From the IMG/VR virus record IMGVR_UViG_3300021400_004456: 64,000 bases of DNA; one strand, 5' to 3'. Under the pieces are notes generated by a model. That model had not been told where the DNA came from. It saw only the letters and a program-made list of their open reading frames with translations, and searched no databases. The stretch comes from a virus (lineage: Duplodnaviria > Heunggongvirae > Uroviricota > Caudoviricetes). Positions within the stretch are counted from its first letter, which is position 1. The number at the start of each line of letters is the position of its first letter. Below are positions 48,873 to 57,181 of this stretch, in pieces. The position numbers and the translations under genes were made by a program.

Positions 48873-50228
48873 ATGGAAAATCAAACAAAGCAAACATACA
48901 AAAGTGTAAATTATGATAATGTTGATTTCTCTAAAATGGACAAAAAGAAAATGTTTTCTGTAATAGTTGAGTTAATTAAAGAAAACAAAATGTTATTACA
49001 TAACAATACCAAATTAGAGAGTGAAATTAAAGATATTGAAAGTAAATCTAAGAATGGTGCTAAAATCGAAAAAGTCTATGAAAAGAAGATTGATGACGTA
49101 ATTGCTCAATTATGCCCTGATTTGGCAGCTTTATTAGATAATGATGAAAAAATGTCTTTAGATTATAAATTTGCTTCATTAGTTGAAACAATTATGTCTG
49201 ATAAGCAAAAATATATTTCAACAATTACTAATTTAAAAGAACAAGTAAAAAATCAAAAAATCTTACTTGATGAAATGAAAGAAAAGCTAATCAAGATGAT
49301 TGAAAACCAAAGAAACATTCCAACTACTGATAATTTAGATGATGAAGACGAAGATGAAGTAGTTGAAGATAAACACCAAGTTGAATTAATTCGTGAAGAA
49401 CAACCTGTTGAAACTAATGGTGATGAAAATGAAGCTTCAAGTGCTCCAGCAATCACTTTTAAAACTATTGATATCAATGAAATGGTTGCAGAATTCGATG
49501 ATATTTCAGCTCAAATCGTATTAGCAATCGGTTCTGAAGGTTTATCAGCATATCCTGAAATTCTTGAATATGTAAATGATAAGTTAGGTTCTATTTCTGA
49601 TACTAGATTTGAAAATTGTTTCAATAAGTTAGCAACAAAGCAAGTTATCGAAGTTGATCAAGTATCATCTTTCTCGAAACCTCGTATGAGAGTCGCTTCA
49701 TTAACTGATTCAATCGGTGTAACTGCTTTCAAACAACTATCTAAGGGAAATACTCCTGTAGTTTCCGAAAAGCAAAAAATGATTAAAGAAAATGATAATT
49801 TAAATCACGGATATTCTATTAAAGATACAGCAAAATATCTTGAAGGATTATCTTATGAAAATATTTCTATTGACCGAGCAAGCAATACAATTAAATTTGA
49901 AGGTCAAAGAAGTTGGATCCCTGATATCATTGCTCAAAATCCAATTACTAAAAGAAATGAATATTTTGAAATTGAGTTAGGAAATCATAATCAAACTAAC
50001 TTTGAAGAAAAGCTTACAAAGGCTAATTTAAAGGCTTCAATTTTAAAGATTATCGTTCCTAACAAATCAATTAAGGAAAATCTTTTACAAAAGGTAAAGA
50101 CTTGGAAAGAAAGCAAAAATGTTGCTCCAACTATTAACATTTACGTTATGACCTTTACAGAATTAAAAAATAAGGAGAATTTAGTTCCTGCTTCTCGAGT
50201 TGTAGTAAGCGATGATGAGGAGGAATAA
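48873..50228 (+). CDS. Coiled-coil + wHTH + PD-(D/E)xK-like domain; Replic_Relax/MOBC relaxase-like
   Basis: NHGYSI...WIPD-x14-EIEL...KL resembles the MOBC D-x6-17-E-x-E signature. Confidence 0.5.
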   Translation: MENQTKQTYKSVNYDNVDFSKMDKKKMFSVIVELIKENKMLLHNNTKLESEIKDIESKSKNGAKIEKVYEKKIDDVIAQLCPDLAALLDNDEKMSLDYKFASLVETIMSDKQKYISTITNLKEQVKNQKILLDEMKEKLIKMIENQRNIPTTDNLDDEDEDEVVEDKHQVELIREEQPVETNGDENEASSAPAITFKTIDINEMVAEFDDISAQIVLAIGSEGLSAYPEILEYVNDKLGSISDTRFENCFNKLATKQVIEVDQVSSFSKPRMRVASLTDSIGVTAFKQLSKGNTPVVSEKQKMIKENDNLNHGYSIKDTAKYLEGLSYENISIDRASNTIKFEGQRSWIPDIIAQNPITKRNEYFEIELGNHNQTNFEEKLTKANLKASILKIIVPNKSIKENLLQKVKTWKESKNVAPTINIYVMTFTELKNKENLVPASRVVVSDDEEE

Positions 50229-50231
50229 AAT

Positions 50232-50399
50232 ATGAGTGTCATTATAAATGCATTTATTAATGGTGTATTAGCAATCATTAGATTTTCTCTTGCTAATTGG
50301 TACTGGGCATTCGCTATAGTTGCCATTATATGGTTAATTATATTAGAGTTCTCTGGTATTAAACTTGAATTTATGGATTCAGAAAGAGAGGTGCTATAG
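50232..50399 (+). CDS. Small 55-aa membrane protein (not in ORF track)
   Basis: Manual translation MSVIINAFINGVLAIIRFSLANWYWAFAIVAIIWLIILEFSG...; GAGGAGG RBS. Confidence 0.7.
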   Translation: MSVIINAFINGVLAIIRFSLANWYWAFAIVAIIWLIILEFSGIKLEFMDSEREVL

Positions 50400-50402
50400 T
50401 AT

Positions 50403-50894
50403 ATGTATCAAGACAATTCCGATATTGTAGATAAGATGCGCTTTCGCTACGGCATCAAAAAAGTTATGATGTGGTTAGGTTTATTTGTTTTATGGATTGC
50501 AGGCTTTTATTTAATAAAATACCTTGAAGGTAACGATACCGAGGCAATCATATATTTTGTATTTGAAGCATCATTCTTAATTATAACTTGTATAGCTGCA
50601 CAATGGATACCTTCTGATAGACGTGAAAGTTTAAAATTAGGTTTAATTGGAAGTTTGGGTTATATATCTTATAATTTATTATTTGATACTATATTAATTT
50701 TTGCCTCAATGGGTTCAAGTCAAAGTATGACAATAACAGTATTAACTAATATTGTTACTTACTCAAGAGTTGTTATCCCTCTAGGATTAATTTTATGGCA
50801 AGCTAAGAAATTTACATTTCTTACCGGTTTACGTAAAAGCAAACAAGAAGCTATTGATTACTACAAACACAATGGTAACAATGGTATGCACTAA
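50403..50894 (+). CDS. 4-TM membrane protein
   Basis: GAGGTG RBS; hydrophobic segments. Confidence 0.75.
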   Translation: MYQDNSDIVDKMRFRYGIKKVMMWLGLFVLWIAGFYLIKYLEGNDTEAIIYFVFEASFLIITCIAAQWIPSDRRESLKLGLIGSLGYISYNLLFDTILIFASMGSSQSMTITVLTNIVTYSRVVIPLGLILWQAKKFTFLTGLRKSKQEAIDYYKHNGNNGMH

Positions 50895-50955
50895 TAAAAG
50901 TGGGAAGTTTGCTTACTTCCCGCTTTATAATATTTAAAAAGGAGTGGTAATAAAT

Positions 50956-53900
50956 ATGTCTAAACAATATCAATACAATACTTTCCAAGGTGAAACTGCT
51001 GAACGTGTTGAAATAATGAATACATATATGTATGAAGACGACAATAGTAATTTAAAATGTATTGTTTATAGATTAAAGAAAATCTTAAACAATAACGAAA
51101 CTATTGAGTTTTATAAAGCTACATCATTCTTCAGATTAACACGTGTTTCTAAAGAAAGCAAAGAGAATAAGCGTTTTATGGATATTCACTGTGATATTAT
51201 GCGTGCATTATATGCTTCTAATATTTCAATGATTGAAATTATCGCTAACGTATTAAAACCCGTAAATGAAGGTTTAATTTTCTTATATGGTGTACAAGCA
51301 ACAGGAGCTACTGAAAAAGAAGCTATTTCATATTGTATGCAAAACTTTAATGGCTTCTTACGTTCTTTCCAAGGAACACACAGAACAGCTCACGTTGAAT
51401 TAATTAATAAATCTACATTCCAATGGATTTATAAAAAGTTACAAACTCAAAAATATACATCGGTTATCAAAGGATTACCACAAGCTCGTGATGGTTCTGG
51501 TGCTAACAGAAATATTATGAACTTTGATACTGATACTAATGAACAAATTGAACAATTCTTAGCTGGTGCTAACGAATTTGAATTCTGTTTAATGATTATG
51601 GCAACACCAATGAATAATAAATATATTAATCACTGGTTAACTAAGTCATTAGAAACTCAAACAAAATGGGAAAGTCAAAAGCAAGGTTCTAAATCTATGG
51701 GATTGAATGTTGGTATTCCAATGTCTATTTCAATGAATAATTCATCTGGAATAAGTGCTAACATTTCACGTGGAACATCAAATTCTATAGGTTCATCTCA
51801 TTCAAGTGGAACATCTCACTCAACTGGTACTAATAACTCAGCTAGTTTCTCAAACAGTGAAGGAAGAAGTTCAAGTACAGGAACAAGTTCAGGAACATCT
51901 CAATCATTCTCACAAGGAACTAGCCAAAGTCAAAACTCTTCTACATCAGCAAGCGAATCTACTTCTCATTCAACTGGAACAAGCAGTTCGACAGGAACAT
52001 CAACAAGTCATTCAACATCGGAAAATAATTCTACTGGCTTTAATGGTGGAGCAAGTTTTATTGCTAACATTGGTGGAAGCTATTCTCACAGTTCGGGAAG
52101 CTCATCTGGAACTGGAACATCTAATTCAAATGGAACCTCTACTTCCGATAGTAATTCTACTTCTAACTCATTTTCTCAAGGTACAAGTTCAGGAACATCC
52201 ACATCTGAAGGCTATAGTTTCAATCAAGGAACATCAACTTCTCAAGGAACTAACTCTAGTATTTCTCAATCTCAAAGTTCAGGTTCATCAACTTCTGACG
52301 GAACTTCTACTTCTGACGGAACATCTACAAGTGCTGGTTCTTCATATTCAAGAAGCGGCGGTACTTCGAATTCAACATCAAACGGTTATTCTACAGGCTT
52401 AAATGTTGGTTTCAACATTTCAAAATCTTATAACTGGGTTGACAAGACAGTAGAATATGTTTGTCAATGTCTTGAAATGCAAAATATGAGACTTAAAAAG
52501 ATGCTTGAAGGTTCAGGTGGTTTCTTCGTAGATGCTTATTTAGCAACAGATACTCCTGAAAACTTAAAGGCTCTTGAAACACTCTCTACAACAACTTGGG
52601 TAAATCCAAATGCTAAGATTGATGTTTTAAGAATGGAAACTCCTTCAAGAATTGGTCAAAAGAATATTTCAATGCACTTACAAGCTATGTCTCCTTGTCT
52701 TGAAATTGAAAAAGAACCAGGAGGAACAGGTTTCTATTATAAGTATTCATCAATTTTAACATCTGATGAATTAACAGCTTATACACATCCACCTAGAATT
52801 ACCATTGGTGGCATCGATAACTCAATGGAAGACGTTCCACCATTAAGAGTTCCTACTAATTGCCAAAACAAAGAAATTTTCATTGGTAACATTGTTAATG
52901 GTGAAAAATATTCATTTGAAAGTGCAAATAAGTATGGTAATGGTTATGTAACTGATATTAAGTTCTGTATCGGTAACAATGAAATGCACCACGCTTTCAT
53001 AGCTGGTGGTTCTCGTTCCGGTAAGTCAGTATTAGCTGCAAGAGCTGCTATCGAAATGTATAAAAATGCACCTTACGTAAATAAGAAAACTCAAACTAAG
53101 ACACATAAGCGTGTATTCGTTCTTGACCCTAAGGGTGAATGGAGAGAAATGGCATCATTGGTTCCAAAGGGTAAATTTAAATTCTACTCTGTTGGTAAGC
53201 CAGGTTTCCATCCATTACCACTTAACCTATTAAGAGTTCCTATCGGTGTAACTCCTTATCAATATTATAACTTAGTTATTGAACATTTCTGTTCTGCTTA
53301 TGGTTTACTTGACCGTGCTATTGCGCAAATCGGTGGAGTTCTATATGATTTATATGAACAAAACGATGTCTTTGGTCACGATGAAGATCCAAACTGGGCA
53401 AATGAACATTCAAAGAATATTACATTAACTGATGTTTATGATCAAATTGAAAAGAAATTACACGAAGCAGAAGCAAAGCATAATCAACACGATGCTGAAG
53501 CTTTACAAACATATTTAACTCGTTTAGATATGTATCATAGAAAACACTCTGCTGAATACATAATGTTCTGTAATAGAGGTGGAGATAGTTGTGATATTCT
53601 ATTAGGTGAAGATGACTTTACAGTTGTTGAATCTAATGGTCTTTCTGAAAAATCTCAACGTTTCTTCTTCATTCTATTTATGAATGCTATTTATGAAAGT
53701 GCCTTATCAAGAGGTTCAACTGGTTTCTATAACGGTTCATACGAAACTGTTATTATCCTAGAAGAAGCAAACTCAATCTTAATTGCTTCTGGTAGTGATG
53801 ATACATCTGGCCAAGCTTCTATAAATCGTTTCAACCAAATTCTTGATAAATCCGCATCACTTGGATTATTCATCTGGACAATAACTCAAAAGATTTCTTC

Positions 53901-54234
53901 GATGCCTGAATCAGTTATTGCAAACTCTGGTATTATCTTTGTAGGTCGTATTGGTCAAAAGAAAGACCACGATGTTGTAAATGGTGTATTAGGCTTCAAC
54001 GATAAGATGGATTTCAAGGTTGATAAATTCTATTCTCGTTTAGCTGTTGGTATTTTCATTGGTCGTGTTACAAAAGGTATGAATTTCGATGAGCAAACTC
54101 CATTCTTAGTAAAATCTAAGATGTTAAAGACTTATGTTCCATCAGACAAAGAACTCGATGCCTTACTTCAAGAACACGAATATGAACGTCAATGCGCTAA
54201 AGAAGAAGGAAGAGTAATTGCTCCATTTAAATAG
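50956..54234 (+). CDS. HerA/VirB4/FtsK-superfamily ATPase with Ser/Thr/Gly-rich insert
   Basis: HAFIAGGSRSGKS Walker A, VFVLDPKGEW, VIILEEAN Walker B, ITQKIS...VIANS. Confidence 0.8.
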   Translation: MSKQYQYNTFQGETAERVEIMNTYMYEDDNSNLKCIVYRLKKILNNNETIEFYKATSFFRLTRVSKESKENKRFMDIHCDIMRALYASNISMIEIIANVLKPVNEGLIFLYGVQATGATEKEAISYCMQNFNGFLRSFQGTHRTAHVELINKSTFQWIYKKLQTQKYTSVIKGLPQARDGSGANRNIMNFDTDTNEQIEQFLAGANEFEFCLMIMATPMNNKYINHWLTKSLETQTKWESQKQGSKSMGLNVGIPMSISMNNSSGISANISRGTSNSIGSSHSSGTSHSTGTNNSASFSNSEGRSSSTGTSSGTSQSFSQGTSQSQNSSTSASESTSHSTGTSSSTGTSTSHSTSENNSTGFNGGASFIANIGGSYSHSSGSSSGTGTSNSNGTSTSDSNSTSNSFSQGTSSGTSTSEGYSFNQGTSTSQGTNSSISQSQSSGSSTSDGTSTSDGTSTSAGSSYSRSGGTSNSTSNGYSTGLNVGFNISKSYNWVDKTVEYVCQCLEMQNMRLKKMLEGSGGFFVDAYLATDTPENLKALETLSTTTWVNPNAKIDVLRMETPSRIGQKNISMHLQAMSPCLEIEKEPGGTGFYYKYSSILTSDELTAYTHPPRITIGGIDNSMEDVPPLRVPTNCQNKEIFIGNIVNGEKYSFESANKYGNGYVTDIKFCIGNNEMHHAFIAGGSRSGKSVLAARAAIEMYKNAPYVNKKTQTKTHKRVFVLDPKGEWREMASLVPKGKFKFYSVGKPGFHPLPLNLLRVPIGVTPYQYYNLVIEHFCSAYGLLDRAIAQIGGVLYDLYEQNDVFGHDEDPNWANEHSKNITLTDVYDQIEKKLHEAEAKHNQHDAEALQTYLTRLDMYHRKHSAEYIMFCNRGGDSCDILLGEDDFTVVESNGLSEKSQRFFFILFMNAIYESALSRGSTGFYNGSYETVIILEEANSILIASGSDDTSGQASINRFNQILDKSASLGLFIWTITQKISSMPESVIANSGIIFVGRIGQKKDHDVVNGVLGFNDKMDFKVDKFYSRLAVGIFIGRVTKGMNFDEQTPFLVKSKMLKTYVPSDKELDALLQEHEYERQCAKEEGRVIAPFK

Positions 54235-54239
54235 AAATT

Positions 54240-54265
54240 AAGGTCATCAAAAGATGGCCTTTTTT
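54240..54265 (+). terminator. Intrinsic terminator
   Basis: AAGGTCATC/GATGGCCTT plus T-run. Confidence 0.8.
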
Positions 54266-54296
54266 CTTTTTTGTTAGTCTATATATACCCACTTTA

Positions 54297-54305
54297 AAAA
54301 CATAA
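54297..54305 (+). promoter_or_regulatory. Class I motif AAAACATAA
   Basis: Before ndk. Confidence 0.65.
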
Positions 54306-54343
54306 AAAGATTGATAAAAGTTAAATGTCAAAGGAGTTTTTTA

Positions 54344-54730
54344 ATGACAAATAAATTGGAAATGTGTTTTATGATGTTAAAGCCAGGCTTTGCAAATAAA
54401 GATTTTGAGGATAAACTTTTAAAAGAAGTTAAAAGTGAAAACTTAACATCATTAAAGATAATAAATAACAGAAAAAAATATACTTCAGAAAAGGCTCAAA
54501 TTCATTATAAAAATATTAAAAATGAAGATTACTTTCCTGAAGTAGTTAATTATTTAACAAGCGATTATTCTTATGGCTATTGCATTTTTGGCGAGAATGC
54601 AATAAAAAAATGCAAAGAAATTAGAACTAGATTAAGAATTTATTCGCTAGATAATATGCGAAATGTGGTTCATTCATCATCAACCGAAGAATTAGCTAAA
54701 GAAGAATTATCAAACTTTATTTCAATTTAA
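54344..54730 (+). CDS. ndk: Nucleoside diphosphate kinase (short form)
   Basis: FMMLKPG, AQIHY, YFPEVVNYLTS, GENAI, RNVVHSS (catalytic His), AKEEL; AAGGAG RBS favours ATG 54344. Confidence 0.8.
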   Translation: MTNKLEMCFMMLKPGFANKDFEDKLLKEVKSENLTSLKIINNRKKYTSEKAQIHYKNIKNEDYFPEVVNYLTSDYSYGYCIFGENAIKKCKEIRTRLRIYSLDNMRNVVHSSSTEELAKEELSNFISI

Positions 54731-54739
54731 AACACCTAA
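54730..54739 (+). promoter_or_regulatory. Class II motif AAACACCTAA
   Basis: Before 54762. Confidence 0.65.
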
Positions 54740-54761
54740 TATAAAAATATAGGAGAATAGT

Positions 54762-55118
54762 ATGATAACAGATTTTGTATTATTAAAAGGGTGTCAAACT
54801 CAATTTTCTCTTATAATGATAACAGATGATATATCCAAATTGTCACCTGTAGAACTTTCTTATGTGATTAAAGATATTATTAAAAATTGTGAAGAAATTA
54901 TAAGATGTAAAATATTTTCAAAGTTTTCTAATAAAACAGTTTTGACAATTTTAATGAGTGATGCTAGAAGGAATAGATTTTATCAATTTGTTTCTATGAC
55001 GCTAGGTAAGGATCAAGCTAATCAAGTTTTTATTACTGAAATATTAGAAAATCAAATAAGCTCAAAGATTGAGCAATTGACACAAATGAACGAAAATTAT
55101 AGTTTAAATTTGGAGTGA
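54762..55118 (+). CDS. Hypothetical protein
   Basis: AGGAG RBS. Confidence 0.7.
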   Translation: MITDFVLLKGCQTQFSLIMITDDISKLSPVELSYVIKDIIKNCEEIIRCKIFSKFSNKTVLTILMSDARRNRFYQFVSMTLGKDQANQVFITEILENQISSKIEQLTQMNENYSLNLE

Positions 55119-55122
55119 TGAA

Positions 55123-55445
55123 ATGAATTTAAAGGGCTTAAGAAAGAGTGACAATAAAACTCTAAAAGAAGTTGCGTTAGAAACAAAGCTTTGCTATTCA
55201 CCGATTTCTAAAATTGAAAAATGGAACGAGCTCAATTTCTAAAAAGTAGCTCAAATATTATCTGATTATTATAGGGTTGCTATAAAGTCTCAAAAAATGA
55301 TAATTGATATAAATAATATGAAAATTAAAAGCAACAAAAACAATACAAAATTCAAGATTTGATAAAAGAAAATAAAGTTTTAAAAAAGGGAAATAAAAAA
55401 TTAAAGCAAAAACTTAATGATATTAATAGAAATCTTATTCTTTAG
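55123..55445 (+). pseudogene. Frameshifted Xre-family HTH regulator with coiled-coil tail
   Basis: MNLKGLRKSDNKTLKEVALETKLCYSPISKIE... continues as ENGTSSISK/KVAQILSDYYRV if single-A indels in poly-A runs are repaired. Confidence 0.65.
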
Positions 55446-55487
55446 TTCAAAAGACTGAAAAATTAAATATTCGAGAGGTAAACGGCA

Positions 55488-56258
55488 ATGAGTAAAAAGA
55501 AACAAGCAAAGCGCAATGCTACAAAAAATCAAAAATGTTTATATTGTAAAAAATGGTTTGATGAAAAGCTTTCAGTATGTCCTTTTTGTGGTAAAGAACA
55601 AAATGTAGATGAATATAATACTTATTTACTAGATTTGGAAGCTAAAAGAAAGCAAGCATTAGAACAAAATATTGCTAACAATCAAAGAATTCAAACTGAA
55701 AAAAATAAAGAAAGAATCAAAAAACGTAATGAAAAAATTTCATTCTTAATTTTTATTTCGGCTTTTTTAGCTTTAATTTTGTTAAGCGTTGGATTAGCTA
55801 TTAGAAATAACCACTCTAATAAATTAAGCGCTGATTATGATGATTATAAACAATATGAAATTTCTTATAAGCAAATAATGAGACAACCAGAGGATGAATA
55901 TTTTGTTTATTTTTATTCTGAAACCTGTACCGCTTGTGAGCAAGTTAAAACTACAATTTTCCAATATTTAAGTAGTGATTTAAATTCAACTGCCGGAAGA
56001 AAATTGTATCTTGTAAATATGGATAAAACTACTAATATGATTGCCTCAAATGAAGATGAAATCAATATACTAGACGTAACTAATGTTGATTATAATAAAA
56101 ATTATGATGCCATTAAAATTTATAATTTCCCTTGCTTAATAGATATTGCATCTTTTACTGATGAAAAAAATAAAGATGTTAATAGAAAAGTAATGGTTTA
56201 TTATGAAGGCGTTTCAAAAGTAAAAAATGGTTTACAACTTGTAATGTATGGAAAATAG
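55488..56258 (+). CDS. Zn-ribbon + TM + thioredoxin-like protein
   Basis: CLYC...CPFC, TM helix, YFVYFYSETCTAC, cis-Pro NFP. Confidence 0.7.
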   Translation: MSKKKQAKRNATKNQKCLYCKKWFDEKLSVCPFCGKEQNVDEYNTYLLDLEAKRKQALEQNIANNQRIQTEKNKERIKKRNEKISFLIFISAFLALILLSVGLAIRNNHSNKLSADYDDYKQYEISYKQIMRQPEDEYFVYFYSETCTACEQVKTTIFQYLSSDLNSTAGRKLYLVNMDKTTNMIASNEDEINILDVTNVDYNKNYDAIKIYNFPCLIDIASFTDEKNKDVNRKVMVYYEGVSKVKNGLQLVMYGK

Positions 56259-56300
56259 CTCCTTGTAAAAAGGAGTTTTTCTTTTTATTTAGGCTCTTCA

Positions 56301-56309
56301 AAAACATAA
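56301..56309 (+). promoter_or_regulatory. Class I motif AAAACATAA
   Basis: After terminator-like hairpin 56257-56286. Confidence 0.65.
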
Positions 56310-56341
56310 AAGTATTGTAAAAATATTTCAAGGAGAAGTTT

Positions 56342-57055
56342 ATGAATTTAAAATATTTAAGTGAACATTTTGAAACAATTGAAGCTAACGAAACTAAAAT
56401 TTTAACCAATGATACATTTTTAATTGTCAGAAGTAATGCAAAAAACTTTAAAGGCTTTGCTAAAAATTTTAAGCAACCATTCGATCAGATTCTTTACGAA
56501 ACATTTCAAAAAACAATGGCAAATGTAATGAAAAAGTATAGTTTTAATATTGTATTAGGCTATACTACATCCGATGAATTATCATTTTTACTATCCTCAA
56601 AAATTGAGCGTATAAAAGAAAGAAAAATCTTATCTTTAATGAGTTCAGCTATAACCTTAGAGTTTAACACTCTTCTTGCTAAAGCTTTAAATAAAGGCTT
56701 AAAAACCCCTTTAATTTTCGATTGTAGAGTAGATGCAGTAGAAAATATAGATGATGTCACAAAATACTTCTTATGGCGTTATAAAGCTAATTATTTAAGT
56801 TCTTTAAATAGAATATTATATTGTTACAATCTTAAAGCAAAAGAAAAGGTAGATATTGATATTCTTTCTATTGAAGAAAAAATTAATTTTATTAAAGATA
56901 ACAATTTAGACGTTAAAGACAGATTCAAAAATGGCTATGCAATCTTATATTATCCTAATGACGAAAACGAAAAACGTAAGGTTGTAAAACTAGTTCCAAA
57001 AAGTGAACAAGAAATCTTCAATCTCGCTGAAAATAGCATAGTATTATATAAATAA
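56342..57055 (+). CDS. Thg1-like (tRNA-His guanylyltransferase family) protein, divergent
   Basis: LIVRSNAKNFKGF...FKQPFD, GYTTSDELSFL, FDCRV, YFLWR. Confidence 0.75.
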   Translation: MNLKYLSEHFETIEANETKILTNDTFLIVRSNAKNFKGFAKNFKQPFDQILYETFQKTMANVMKKYSFNIVLGYTTSDELSFLLSSKIERIKERKILSLMSSAITLEFNTLLAKALNKGLKTPLIFDCRVDAVENIDDVTKYFLWRYKANYLSSLNRILYCYNLKAKEKVDIDILSIEEKINFIKDNNLDVKDRFKNGYAILYYPNDENEKRKVVKLVPKSEQEIFNLAENSIVLYK

Positions 57056-57104
57056 TATAATTATGAAATCTCTTTTTCTAAAAAAGAGATTTTTATTTTA
57101 CAAA

Positions 57105-57114
57105 AAACACCTAA
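57105..57114 (+). promoter_or_regulatory. Class II motif AAACACCTAA
   Basis: After terminator 57066-57094. Confidence 0.65.
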
Positions 57115-57181
57115 TATATATGTAGTATAAAAATAACCATACAGCATACGAATAAGAAGCTATGAAAGAAAGTGATATTTT

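Noticed and set aside
51806..52402. 198-aa alternate-frame ORF inside the ATPase
   Set aside because: Q/L/H/E-rich by-product of the Ser/Thr codon tract (TCA/ACA/TCT) lacking stops in that frame; no RBS
50956..54234. Ser-rich insert as an intein or ice-nucleation domain
   Set aside because: No C/S...HN splice motifs or LAGLIDADG, and no AGYGSTxTA consensus
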